Origin: Ginglymostoma cirratum
Lineage: Eukaryota
DNA length: 64,000 nucleotides
Reading direction: 5' to 3'
NCBI GenBank assembly: GCA_024137785.1
Contig: JAHRHZ010000026.1
Location: 9,974,857-10,038,856, forward strand
In this document: in pieces, positions 14,276 through 26,670 of the stretch
Layout of the letters: every line of letters starts with the position of its first letter
Numbering within the stretch: the stretch's first letter is position 1
Position numbers and translations under genes: made by a program
The notes under the pieces: generated by a model
What the model was told of the DNA's origin: nothing
Database searches by the model: none
Seen by the model: the letters and a program-made list of their open reading frames with translations, nothing else

Positions 14276-15551
14276 TATTTTTGTTTACAGATTTGATTTA
14301 TACATTCCTTAAACTTTAATGCAAGAATGGAGGGGATCACTGAGCACTTATTCCCAGTTTTATATAGCCCCTAGCTTTTGAATTGTCCGGTAAGCTTAAA
14401 ATGACTGCTTGTTTGTATGATTAGTAGCATCTTAGGATTTTTTTAATGTAAAGACCACCATATAATTGTTGGTTCAGTTCAGAAACTGGAATGTCAGACT
14501 GAATAGCTGCAGTTATAGTAAGTGTGCAATGTCTGCATTAGTGTACTCCACAAAATGTCCACAGTAGTTCACAAAATGGCAGCCAACAGTGTAATATTGC
14601 CACCCTTTCAAAAATTGCTATTCTCCCCTCCTTGCATTAAAAGCCTTGATTTAAAGCTTATAATCACAGCACTGTATATATGTAAATATCATTCATGTGC
14701 GTAGATCAGTTTCTGATCAACAATAAAATATCTGGGAGATGGTAAAATTCTACACTAATGTTTTTAGTGACAGTTCTCTCTTGAAGGATTTTGATTCTTG
14801 ATTAGAGTGAAAGCGTCTGTTTCCTGATTAATTTGATGGGAAAATGGCACCGAGGTCAGTGACAGAAGAATGACATTCGTGTTTTAGTTTTTTAAAAACC
14901 AGTAAGCCAATGGATGATCTGTGTAACTAGGACCTAACAGAAGCAATGCTGCCCCCTTTGGTGAGTTGACTTAAAGGTTTGTTTGAAAGAGAATGCAACT
15001 GAGGGTTGCCAGAAAATGTAATATCTGACTTGGAAATTACATAGCACACTGCCTGTCATCCAGTCCTTGATCTTGGGTGGTATATTGGCTTCTCATCATC
15101 TGGACAGTAATACATGAAGTAAAGAAAGGGGTAAGTATATGAATATGTATCTTCCCCCTGTCCAGGATGAATATTGCTTACTACTTGGCTTGTGGGCCAA
15201 TCTATTGTATTAAAAGCCATGTACTGCCGTATAAACCAATAACCATTTTAAGAACTTCATTCTGTACATATGTATGCATCATTGCATGGATTAGGAATGC
15301 AACAAAGACTGCCAGAAATCTGCACCAAAAGTGATAATGGTTTGTGCAAGTTTTTGTACATTTGGAATTTGTTTAATCAAAATTGACTTAGTGTAGAACA
15401 ATCTCTTGATTGACTTCCTGATTTGAGAGTCTTTGGATTAGGTTCTAAATCTTGCTGTATGCTGTAGTGTCTTTCTGCTGTAATCATCTTTGTGACCTTT
15501 TTGACATCTCGCTCTTTGAATTAGCTTCCATCCAAAGTCATTTCAGCATTG

Positions 15552-15552
<1 letters not shown>

Positions 15553-15594
<42 letters not shown>

Positions 15595-15619
15595 NNNNNN
15601 NNNNCACACCCACACACAG
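15553..15619. repeat. (TG)21 microsatellite, 10-N gap (15595-15604), then a short CA tract
   Basis: Read directly from the sequence. Confidence 0.95.
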
Positions 15620-16060
15620 CTTTTCTTGCATTTTCTTAGTTAAATCCTCCTTTTATTCTTACCGTATGCTCTTCTCTCTCAAATGAGTGATGGGCTGGCT
15701 CGTCATTCAATAGTCACTTCAAGCAAAATTAGACCAGATGGGCTTGATGGCAGTGTTGCATATCATCAGATGTTTTAGAAAGTTTTGTGGGTAAATACCT
15801 TAAGCACCATTTTGATTAAGTGAATTGTCTTGTAATTATAATATGCATTTCTTGCTGATGGTATGTATCATACTTGAGGAAAAAGTACCTTTTAAAGGAG
15901 AAAGGTCTGATTTCTAGTCTTGTTAATACAACGGTTTAATTTTTTTCTCTGACTAAATACCAAACTTTGAAAAGCAAGCAGATCCTTTGGAAACAATATC
16001 AGCTGTTATGACAGTTATATTGTCGTCAATAACTAATCACTGATCAATTTCTTTTATCAG

Positions 16061-16267
16061 CCAACTAGCCCAATGGACCAGATGGGGATGAAAAGACCTC
16101 AGCCATATGGCGGCAGCAATAATCCATATGCACAGCAGGCACCACCGCAACAGAGCGGACCTTACCCAGGACAACCGTATGGACCTCCAGCGCCTCAGCG
16201 CTATCCCGTGGGTGTGCAGGGCCGGGCCCAAGGCACCATGGGTGGCGGGCTGCAGTACCCACAACAG
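16061..16267 (+). CDS. ARID1A: ARID1A coding exon (equivalent to human exon 2), 207 nt, phase 0-0
   Basis: Acceptor tttcttttatcag| with branch-like ctaat/ctgat upstream; donor CAG|gtgaga. Translation [26 protein letters not shown]...[24 protein letters not shown] matches recalled ARID1A [25 protein letters not shown]...[23 protein letters not shown]. Confidence 0.93.
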
Positions 16268-17799
16268 GTGAGAAATGTTTGGAAATCCACTTGAAATTGT
16301 ATATGATTGCATTTGTGCTGTAATTGTATTGCCTACTTGTAATATTGATGCAAGTGGTCTATTTTTCTGAGATCTGTTGGAGGCGCATTGTAATTATGTG
16401 CAGCCATGTATCTACAAGTTTTTCAGCAATGTCAGTTTGGTCACGGCTGTTTATTTAGCTATGTCTTAGCATCTGTTCCATGCTCACCTGCAAGAAATTT
16501 CTTTCTCTTCTTAGACTGCCCCAATTTTTGTTTAATTTTCCTGCAGCTGCTCTAAGATCCCTAATTGTTGCTAATGGGGCTGTAATGATTTTGTTAATAT
16601 ATACTTAAAATAATTTTAGGTGAGGTGCAAGCAGAAATAGTCAATTTGCAGTAGCCTGTGTACAATTCTTCATAGCTGTTCCCTTACTATTGTGCATGAA
16701 AATTAAATCATTCTAACTACTATTGAACTTCAGACTTTGTGCCCCAAACACAAGTTACCATTTTCCCCTGCACCTTTAATTAAAAGACATTGTTGCACAC
16801 TAGTGAATCACTGGAAGCAAAACTCCAGTGCAGTTGATCATGGAAGAGATTTAACTCCAGTTTTTGATTTCGTTTCTGTCTGTCCTTGTCACTGTGGTGA
16901 TTTGGAACTTCCCAATCTGTACTCTTCCTGAGCCTCTGTTTGAGGGTCGAAAGGTTTTTTTGGTTCTTTTACAATGATGTTTGTCTGGCCTGGCTGTGAT
17001 TAGGGATTTGCTCTGTGGAAATTTCCTGTGTCTCTCTGGATCATTCCTAGATCATTGATAAAACATTGTCAGCATTGCATTTAAAAGCGAGTATGCAACG
17101 ATGGAAACAGTCCAAAAAGCGGATGTTTCAAGCATCCAAATTAAAGATCAATGAGTAACCTATTGTTTCTTTAGTTGTGGTGTTTGACCAGTGGCCTGGA
17201 AACCTGAGCCATATAATTGACCACTTGAAATAAAGGTTTTGTTTGTATCATTTTGTCTCGCAATCCATGTTCTACTGTCCCAATAAATAATTGATACACC
17301 AACCTTTCCCTCCTATAATACACACTGCATGGCCTACAAGGGTAACAAGTAAAAAATGCAACATGTCATAAGTCCATAATTTTAAGCCTTTTAAGACTAT
17401 GCAAAATAATTAATTGGCTTCATCCTGGCAGTTTTTTGAGAATGATTTGTGCAGGTGTCTGTTCTGCACTTGAGAATCCTGACTTGGAGGATGGGGAGAG
17501 AGAGAGTGAGACTGCAGGTTCTGGATGTTTATGGTTCTTTGAGCTGTAGAGTGTTAACAAGCTGGAAGTGCCAATCAGAGGGCTGTTGTCAGGCCGACTT
17601 TCCTTGATTCTAAAGATTTTTGGAGCTCATTATCATCCACTCCCTTTACTTTCTTCCACAAAAGCAACATTACCATACAGCTCAATAATACACAACACTT
17701 GATTTTTAAGTTGCCAAACTCTCAGCCTTCTTAGCTAAAGCAGTTCAAATTCCATTTCAGTTTATACTTCCAAAGAAGTAAAAAAAATTTGGTCTCTTA

Positions 17800-18045
17800 T
17801 GACAAATGACCTTTCTGCATAACAACACATTCAAAATGAAGTTCATTCCACACATGAACCACCCTCTTGTGGAAAAATTTGTCTCGTTTTATTTTTTAAA
17901 TCTCTCTGCTGTAACTGTGAAAATGTGGCCCTTGGTGTTGAAATCCCCCATGCTAGGGAAAAGACAACTACCATTAACTCTATCTATATGCCTCATGATT
18001 TTACAAACTTCTATCAGGTCGCGCCTCAACCTCCTACACCCCATC
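17800..18045 (-). mobile_element. CR1 (HER1-like) LINE ORF2 C-terminal fragment
   Basis: ORF 17889..18113(-) contains RRLRRDLIEVCKIMRHIDRV...TKGH, the hallmark CR1 C-terminal RRLRGDLIEVYKI...TRGH motif. Confidence 0.85.
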
Positions 18046-18691
18046 ATCTCAATAACTTTCTTATGATCCCTACACCCACTTGCTGTGCTCATCCCATCTT
18101 GCCATGATGCCACCCTGTGTCTTGCTATGATCTTACTCCTTGCTTTTCTTGGCCTGTCCCAACTTGTTGTGATTGCACTTCTGATCTTCTCGGTTATCTC
18201 TGCTTAAGTCTCTTCCATGAAATAATCACAATCAATACCTGATTATGATTACTGAACCTACCTGATCTGCCTAGTTTTATACTTAGCAAAATTTGCGGCC
18301 TATCCCATAATGGGTTTCTAGGACGCAGCCAACGTTGGCATGAGAGGAAATATTCAAATCTTAAAAGGGATTGCCATTTGATGTTCAGAAAAGTCACAGG
18401 TGTCAACATTTTCCACAATAATCGGTCCTTACAAATGACACTGACTTGTCATGCTGCTAGTCCAGGTTTAAGTCCTGGGTGAGCAAAAATATTGTCCAAT
18501 TAAACATCGGGCCATTAGGTGTGAAATTTGTTCACTCAGCTTCATACAATGCAGACCTACTTCAATTCCCTGAAATATTTCTCTGCTTTTCAATTCTGTC
18601 TCTCCAGAAATGATTCCCACTGCTTTCTTTGGGTTTTATATATTCTCATTGCATGTCAGAATTTTGCCTAAAGATTTTTAAACATATAAAT

Positions 18692-19012
18692 GGGGCAGTA
18701 CGGTGGTACAGTGGTTAGCACTGCTGCCTCACAGCGTCGGGAACCTGGGTTCAATTCCACCCTCTGGCAACTGTCTGTGTGGAGTTTTCACAATCTCCCT
18801 GTGTCTGCGTGGGTTTCCTCTGGGTGCTCAGGTTTCCTTTAACTGTCCAAAGATGTGCAGGCTAGGTGGATCGACCATTCTAAAGTGCCCGCAGTGTTCA
18901 GGGATGTGTAGGTTAGGGGGATGGGTCTGAATTGGGATGCTCTGAGGGTCACTGTGGACTTGTTGGGCCGAAGGGCCTGTTGTCACACTGTAGGGATTCT
19001 GTGATCTATGAT
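18692..19012 (+). mobile_element. HE1-type V-SINE, full length
   Basis: Pol III A box TGGTACAGTGG (18704) and B box GGTTCAATTCC (18748); V-domain tgtgtggagttt...gtgtctgcgtgggtttcctc; CR1-like tail ttgggccgaagggcctgt...ctgtagggattct. Confidence 0.9.
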
Positions 19013-20084
19013 GTAATATTTATCCACTTCTAAAACTGAAATCTTTTCCCAACATACTTTCTGGTAGAATCATAAACTGAGCAGTGCTTCTTTTGTCTTG
19101 CACTGACGGTGTTTTTCTTCACTGATCCTCCAATACCCCACTATGTTGTGAGGCTGCCTGTCCATTGTTTGGTATTGGATGGATTGCACCTTCTTTCAGA
19201 GATGTTATTACATGCTTCTGAAGGCAGTGTGACCTTGAACACTGGTCTTCTGGCTCAGAGCCAGGGACACTACCACTGCGCTCCCATTACAACCACTAAC
19301 TAAATGCCCACATTGTAAAATATGGATGAATAGAAAGACTGAGTTTCCAATACATAGTTTTTCAAGTGTCAAAGTACCTAAACGATGCATAGCATTATGG
19401 GATCTTGATGGTAGTATCCATGTGAAGAAATATATTTGATTCAGATAATATAAACCGATGTTCATTAAACAGTGCAGAATCAACTGGCTGATTCCACAAG
19501 TTGGGAAATGGTGTTTAGAAAGTAGGATTTGAGTTACGGAAGAGCTTTAGTATAGGTTTTAAATAAGTAACTGGGGAAAGACTTTAGTTGGATTCGTTGG
19601 CGATCATTAAATGTGAGATAGTTGAGGTAGAGGGCATTCATTTCTTTGTAGCAAAATTTGAAGCAGGTGGACAGGTGGCTGTGGAAAGACATTGTAGGGT
19701 GCTGGGGTTTATCTGGTTTGTGGGAAAAGTGAACCAGTGCTGTCATGGCGTTTTTTTTAAAAAAAGAAATTTTGGGATCCTGATCCATCCATGTGATCAA
19801 TCTCTTGGGAATAAATGTTTGTAAAACATGAGTGCAAATTGAACTTACGTTCACTAGTTGACGAACACCAGGTTTATACCCAATACTGGCAACTGAACAT
19901 TTTCTTTTGTGGTGTTTGGCAACTCAAAATGTGCCTCATTTCAGGTCCAACTTTTAAATGTCATTGTCCTATCAGAAAGCAATTTTTAAACATTGACCTG
20001 GGCCCTATTACCCTGACAGTTCTTTCCCTGGTTCCAACATGTTCTCAAAACCTTTGTTCTTCATCTTAGCAGACAATCTTGTGT

Positions 20085-21161
20085 AAAACGATGCATAAAT
20101 ACAGAGGCCAGCTATTCAGTCCATGCCACTGTTTACATCCTATTTTCCCTCCTGTAAATATGCCAAATTAAGCATTTTCCCTTTCTTCCTAATATGCTTG
20201 TCTGACTTCCCCTCATAGCATCTGTGCTATTCACTTTAGCTATTCTTGTGGTAGAATGTTCAGCATTTCTATCATTCTTTTGATGAAATTTCTTTTGAAT
20301 TGCCTATTGGATTTCTTGGTGACTGTGGCTTCCAGTTATGCTGTTCCATAAGGAATTTTTTTATATACTGTATCAAAACTTGTAATTTTAAAATTTGTTA
20401 GGGCACCCCTCAACCATTTTTCAAGAGACGAGGCCTACCCTTTCCAATATTTTCCGGACATACAGGCCCGTCCATTTTTGGTATCATCTTTTATCTCCAA
20501 CTTCTTTGCACCCTGTCCAGTGTCTGTGTGACTTTTTATTGTATGGCAACTAGAACTGTCATCTAATCATCTATTCGATCTTAGCTATGAATAAAACCTG
20601 GTACTTTGCTTGTTTTATGTGAACTTGCTAATTTAGTGATTTTAAACCTTCAGTGATTAAAATGAGCATTTGTACTGAGATGTCTTTGTTGTTCTACTAC
20701 ACCTAGACTCTGACCCTTCAAGTAATGTGATCTTTTTTTCTACCAAAATGTACTGCCTCTGTTTATCCTGTTGAACTTCCTTTGGCAAGTATTTGCCTAT
20801 TACACAAGTTTAATAATGTCGCTGTCCTCAGTATTGACTACATCTTCTCTCTCCTCCCCACACCCCCCAAAAAAATGATATTGTCAGTAAATTTAAAACT
20901 TGTGATTCTGATGTTCAGTTGTTGTAATTTGTGAGCATTTAAAATGCTATTCTAAATAACCGTACTCTTTCGCAGTCTTCTTTCCGTCTGGAACTCAGCT
21001 GCTGTTAAACTGACAGCTGTGTAATTCCCTGGCTGTTTTATTTCCCCCTCCTTAAATGTAGGAATTACATTAGCCATCTACCAGTCTCCAGAAATACAAA
21101 TTTTTCTAACCATATTTACCAGAAGTAGTAATACCTCTACTGTCCCTCTGTGGAATAAATC
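20085..21161 (-). mobile_element. Old CR1 LINE fragment, interrupted at 21162 and resuming near 22261
   Basis: Minus-strand CR1-like blocks (gtatggcaactagaactg, tgtcagtaaattta, ctgttaaactgacag, ttagccatctaccagtc). Confidence 0.55.
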
Positions 21162-22254
21162 TACTACCATTACCACTTCCACGATGATCTTCAACACAGG
21201 TGCCCCACAAAGCTGCATGCTCAGTCCCATACGATACTCCTTATACACACATGGCTTTGTGGCCAAATTCCACACCAACTCCATTTACAAGTTTGCTGAC
21301 GACACCACTGTTTTGGGTCAGATCTCAAACAACAATTTGTAGCATAGGAAGGATATAGAATACTTAACAGCGTGGCGTGAAGACGACAATCTCTCCAACG
21401 TCAGCAAAATAAAGGAGCTGGTCATTGACTTCGGGGCACAGAGTGGAGGGCACCTACCTACTTGTGTTGAGGTGGAAATAGGGTCATACAGCATGGAAAG
21501 AGTGTCTTTGGTCCAACCAGTCCATGCCGACCGTAAACCCAAACTAAACTAGTCCCACCTGCCTGTGTGTGGCCCCATATCCCTCCGAACATATCTTATG
21601 CATGTACTTACCCAAATGTCTTTTGGAGAGCTCACCTATTCCTTGGAGTGGCAGTCTGTCCTGGTCCCCCCATCTTGATACTGCGATCAAGAAAACGCAG
21701 CAATGTTGCTACTTCCTGAGGAGGCTAAGGAGATTTGACATGTCCCTAAAGACACTTACAAATTTTTATAAATGCACCATTGAAAGCATCCTATCTGGAT
21801 GCATGACAGTAGGGTATGGCAACGTTCATTCCCAAGAGTGAAAGGAACGACAACGAGTTGTGAGCACAGCCCAGTTCACCATGCTAACCAGCCTCCTATC
21901 TATTGACTTCATCTGTACTTGCTACTGCTTCAGGAAGGCAACCAACAGAATCAAAGACCCATTCCACCCCAGTTATACTCTCTTCTATTCTCTTCCGTCC
22001 AGCAGATGGTTTAAAACAAAATGTTTATACAAAAGTTTGAACTGATTCAAGAACAGCTTCTTCCCCTCTTATCAGAATTTTGAATGGACCCCTCAAATGT
22101 TCATGTTGATCTGTCTGCATCTTCTCGGCAGCTGTAACATTGTATCCTGTACTCTGTTCTATTACCTTTGATGTTCTTGTATAGTGTGGCCTGCCTGTAA
22201 AGCATGTAAGACAACGCTTTTCGCTATACCTTGTGACAATAATTCAATTCAAAT
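21162..22254 (+). mobile_element. 5'-truncated Rex1/Babar-type LINE with a nested minus-strand CR1/SINE tail (~21480-21625)
   Basis: Encodes TGAPQSCMLSP...IYKFADDTTV (RT catalytic FADD) and YFLRRLRRF..TLTNFYKCTIESILSGC. Short (aattc)n tail; putative TSD taaatc at 21156-21161 and 22255-22260. Confidence 0.85.
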
Positions 22255-23785
22255 TAAATCCATCTAGATGAGGGATTTTTATCCTCTAGTTTTAGTTTAT
22301 TCAAACATTCCTTTTTGAATTCAAAATGTTTATTTTCGTTTTATTCGTTTTATCATTTGATATTATGTCTACCTTTTCTAATATCTTTGATAAATATTGA
22401 AGCACAATTGTTAATATTCTTACCATCTCTTTTTATTGTTAGCTGTGGTCTTTTCCCGTGTCTTCACTAATGGCCCTATTCCCATCATATGTTCCTTGGT
22501 AATTTTAGTTTTGTTGTTCCTCTTTGCTTTCTTAATTGTTTTTGACTTTTTCTATCCTATATCCTTTCTATCCAAGTATTTAATGTATGTCTCTTTCCTT
22601 GCCCTCAGTTGTTCTGTTGTATACTTTTATCCACAAATTCCCTCTGGTGTTTAGTTTGCTCTTTGCTTTACATTTAACCACCTGGTCTGTTTGAGCTGCT
22701 AATTTGCGCGTGGTGGGCCATGACGCCATCTCTTTCCGGTGTACTGTCCATTCTGTGTCAGATATCCCTTAGTCCTGGTAGAGGGGAGACATGACACTCC
22801 TTTGGGACTCTTGTTCATGACTGTCTGCCTCCTTTAATTAGAGGGTCCTCTATTGCTACCACAAATGCTGTTATACCCACTTCACAGTCCTCTGAGTCCT
22901 GGTGCATTGGCCTGCATTGTTCCCTGGCAGTCTTTACCTTTGACCTTTACGGGTAGTGAGTACATTGGTTGTATCGGTTGGATAGGGCTTATGTCTGCAT
23001 AATCGCCTTCTCAACTGCCCTGCTGCCTGATTCCTTTTCAGCCAAGTCTTCCCTTTGCTGAACCTAATTTTCCAAGGATTGTGACTACGTTCTGGTTAGA
23101 GCCGTCCAGAAATACCTCCCATACCCTGCCCCCGTCTCTCCTCCTTTGTGTTAAGTTTATGCTTTCAATGTAAGTTAGAGACTGTGGATGGAAGATGTAT
23201 GTGAAATGTTCTTGGGTAAATACCGCATCCACAAGTGGGGCAAATATTGAATGGGGAAGAAGTAAGTGCATTCACAAGATTCTAGGTATGTAACCTGTCT
23301 GATTGTACTATTTTGCAGAGACCACTTTTGCAATAAAAATGGTCTACAATATTCTAAAATTACCATTTCTTTATTCAAAGACAAGAGTGCCCTGTTGAGC
23401 CTAATGAGTGTTGCTTTGTAACATTGGATGTGCATTAAGCAGTTTCCAGCATAGAAAGTCAGTCCTGATTGGTGCTGCTGCATATTTCCAACACTGTGGT
23501 GCTTGCAGCTGCTTCCATTCCAATGACACTCTTCTGTGCCCGGCTGGAAGCACTGCTTTGCTACATGGTGCTTGTAACTCTGAAGAAACACATTTTTAAT
23601 GCTGTTCAATCAGTAACAGAATTTGGGTAACAATGCTCCTTCAAGTCGAATCAGTTAGGTTCTTCGTCAGTAGATTTTTGGAACACACTTGCATTTGTTT
23701 CTGAGTGTGAACTTGAAGTATATTTGTATAATCTATGATGGATTGTGAAGATCATATTTTCAAATGTTCTTTTCCCCCTGTGCAG

Positions 23786-23899
23786 ATGCCTCCATACAAC
23801 CAGCAGGGTGCAGCCGGTTACTGTCAGCAGGGCCAGACACCATATTACAACCAGCAACAGCCTTCCTATCCTCAACAACAACGGTTCCCAGTACAGCAA
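23786..23899 (+). CDS. ARID1A: ARID1A coding exon (equivalent to exon 3), 114 nt, phase 0-0
   Basis: Acceptor ttttccccctgtgcag|, donor CAA|gtatgt. [38 protein letters not shown] matches the ends of ARID1A exon 3 ([12 protein letters not shown]...QQRFPPPQ). Confidence 0.9.
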
Positions 23900-24418
23900 G
23901 TATGTTCTATGTTAGGCCTTGAAGAAAAACACTTTTCCAATGTCCCATATTTCCAATTCTCATCAGGCATTATTGTGTTGCTTTCACTAATCCACGTACA
24001 GAAGGTGAACTCGAAATTCAGCTGGATATTGCTTTTTATACAACTTATATTTTGATTGGCAGTGGTTTAACTGTCACATGTTCTTTCTTGGTTGCTGTAT
24101 TGTTATACTGTATTTTTTTGCTAGTTAAGAAATTGGTTGAGGTGTTCCTGCCATTCCAACTCACGTTAGCAGCCACTGAGATACTCATTGGAAGAAACAA
24201 ATAGCTAGAAATTATGTTATGGGTAGCCCCAAGATACTGGAAGTTCATCTGTATCTTATTGTAGCCTGCCTGCATCCCTCACCTCTGATACAGATGTAAT
24301 TAACTGACTTGTTACGAATCAAACTGGTTGAGTTCTGACTGTTAGCAATCAGTCCTGAATTTTTTTTGTACAATCCCAGAATGCTTAGATCTATATTTTT
24401 CTATCTTTCTTGTAGCAG

Positions 24419-24529
24419 GATTTGTCTCAGGAAGCATTTGCCACTCAGACTCCACAGGGGTTGACTTCCAACAAACCCAATCAGGAGGAGCTGACTCTCA
24501 TGCAGCAGGGACGTCCATCCAGCTTGCCG
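24419..24529 (+). CDS. ARID1A: ARID1A coding exon (equivalent to exon 4), 111 nt (114 nt if the upstream AG is used, start 24416), phase 0-0
   Basis: Acceptor ctttcttgtagcag|, donor CCG|gtgagt. DLSQEAFATQTPQGLTSNKPNQEELTLMQQGRPSSLP ends in the ARID1-family RPSSLP motif. Confidence 0.92.
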
Positions 24530-25829
24530 GTGAGTGCCACCGAGTTCTTGCATCGCTTGCTTGGACGTTCAGTTGATGGCAGGTATTTTAATAGATTGGT
24601 GCTAGAGTAAGAATTCTAGGTATTTTTGAGGGCAAGGGAAATGGCAACACTGCTGCAGTAAGGAAGATTGGAAGCTGCTGTTCTTCATCTTGTCAGGTTC
24701 TTTTCACATTGTTTCTCAAAAAAATCTGTTGAGGCATGGTGGTGTTTGGGATAAGCTGTTAAATGTGCTTCAGGTGGAAACTGTCGGTTTCATTTGGAGT
24801 GGACTTAGAGGATTGGGGTAGTTAGTTAGACAAGAATTCAGTTCACACTTCAAAGTCATACATTTTATCCTTTTTTTTAATATTGCCATTTCAAATTTCA
24901 CTAATTTAATTTATAATGGAGAATGTCTGTAGAAGAAAGTCACTTCATAATTTGTAGTTGTGCTGCTAATGTTGATGCTGCAGTCCCTTTACTGGATGGA
25001 AGACTCGATTACAATGTAATGAATTTGCATTGGCAATTTTCACATTAAATGTGGGCCTAGGAAGTTTGAACAGAAGTTGACATTTTACCCTGATGGGATG
25101 CTCTAGTGATCTCCTGTCATAGCTCGGTAATGGGCAGAATCCTCAGGACTGACACAAATGGCCAATTCTGCCACTTTCTGCCACAATTGGCAGCAGACTG
25201 CACAGAACCTTTGTCCCAAGACCTTAACTTTTATTTATTCTCTCATGGGATGTGTGTTCCTGGCAATTTGTTTTTATTTGATATGCAATATGAATTTTTC
25301 TGTGGTTGTGCGCAGTGCTTTGTGTTGTAACATTTCTCCATGAATAATTTTGTAGTGCTAAGGAAAATGTGATTGGTTGGTTGACAGCAATCTGAATGGG
25401 ACCTGGTCTTCCAGTTTTTTTTTTAGAAAGCTGGAATTACGATAACTTGGAGTTCCTTGAGTATTATAATGTGAGGTATAATGTACAGTTTTGAAGCTAA
25501 TGTTATTATTCAGTTCAGTATGCCTATTTGAGTCTTGGGTTGTCAGTTCTGTAAGATCAAACATGGTAAAAGGGTAAAGTTTTAAAAGGAGTAAAGGTGC
25601 AGAGAGCTTGTGCTTGAAAGACTCAGATCTTTGAAAGATGATGGACCACTTCAAAAAGCTGCTTTTTTTTTTCCGGAAAAAGGTAGTAGAGTTTAAATTT
25701 CTGGAGGGTGGGAGAATATAAATGTAGAGATAATATTAATCTTGCACAAACGTTAGTTAGACCAATGTGACAATAATGGCATAATCTGTTAAGTTACCAC
25801 CAGGCCATAGGAGGAGAAGTTAAAACAAG

Positions 25830-25970
25830 TGTCCAAACTCATGGGCTTAACCTGTTTTTCTAATCAAGCTGTTCAAAGATGTAATGACCTACCTCTGGAG
25901 TGATGGGACTTGAACCCAGGCCTCCTGCTCCAGAGGTGGGGACACTATCACTGTGCCACAAGAGGGCCCC
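25830..25970 (-). mobile_element. tRNA-derived SINE head (a related fragment lies at ~19200-19290)
   Basis: Reverse complement reads gtggcacagtgatagtgtccc...cctgggttcaagtccc (A and B boxes). Confidence 0.65.
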
Positions 25971-26479
25971 AATAATGGGCTTAAAATATGGGTTTTGAGG
26001 AGCACCTTTAAAGGAAAGGAGATGGGCTGAGACAGCTGTTGGGGGGAGGGGGTGGGGGAAACAGGATTCCAGAACTTAAAGCCAAGGCTGAAAGCATGGC
26101 CACTAATGGTCCAAAGGAGACTCTGAAAGAGGTCAACTGGAGGAGATTAATGGTGAGGAACAGCAAATTCATAGAGGAATTGTAACACAAGCATGAAAGT
26201 TTTAAAAACAGGATATTGTGATCTCGGCGTCGGTATGTGTGCAATGGATGAATGAATTTTTTATGAATTAAGATATGGGGAGCAGTCTTGGATGAGATCA
26301 CATTTGAGGAGGATAGGTGGTGGAGATCAGCTCAAAAATTGTTGGGATGTTTAGTTTGAAGATGACATGAGCCTATTTTCTGTTGCAGCTAAGCTGTGAT
26401 ATGATGGAAGATTTGACCAGTGTAATGGAAGTGGAAGTTAGAGAACTTCACCTCATTGGTGCTTCTCATGACCACCTGC

Positions 26480-26670
26480 CATTTCAAAATTCTTTGCATC
26501 TAATCAAATACATTTGAAGTGTAGTCACTGTCAGAATGAAGGAATCATGACAGGCAGTATGCTCACAAAACTGTCATGAATAACAATGTAATAATGACCA
26601 AATTGCTGTTTTTGATGTTAACTTGGGAGATGAATATTGACCAGGACACCAGGACCAGCTCTTCAAGAGT
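26480..26670 (-). mobile_element. Ancient DeuSINE-like (AmnSINE1/SacSINE1-type) remnant
   Basis: tttgaagtgtagtcactg...aacaatgtaataatgacca...gatgaatattgaccaggacacca resembles the recalled antisense consensus of this superfamily. Family assignment is from memory. Confidence 0.55.

Noticed and set aside
15553-15619. TG/CA inverted microsatellite hairpin
   Set aside because: The junction is a 10-N gap, so structure and length cannot be trusted.
18692-18765. tRNA gene (also 31406, 53320, 25900)
   Set aside because: The A/B boxes run straight into SINE bodies and LINE-derived tails, so these are SINE heads without a complete cloverleaf.
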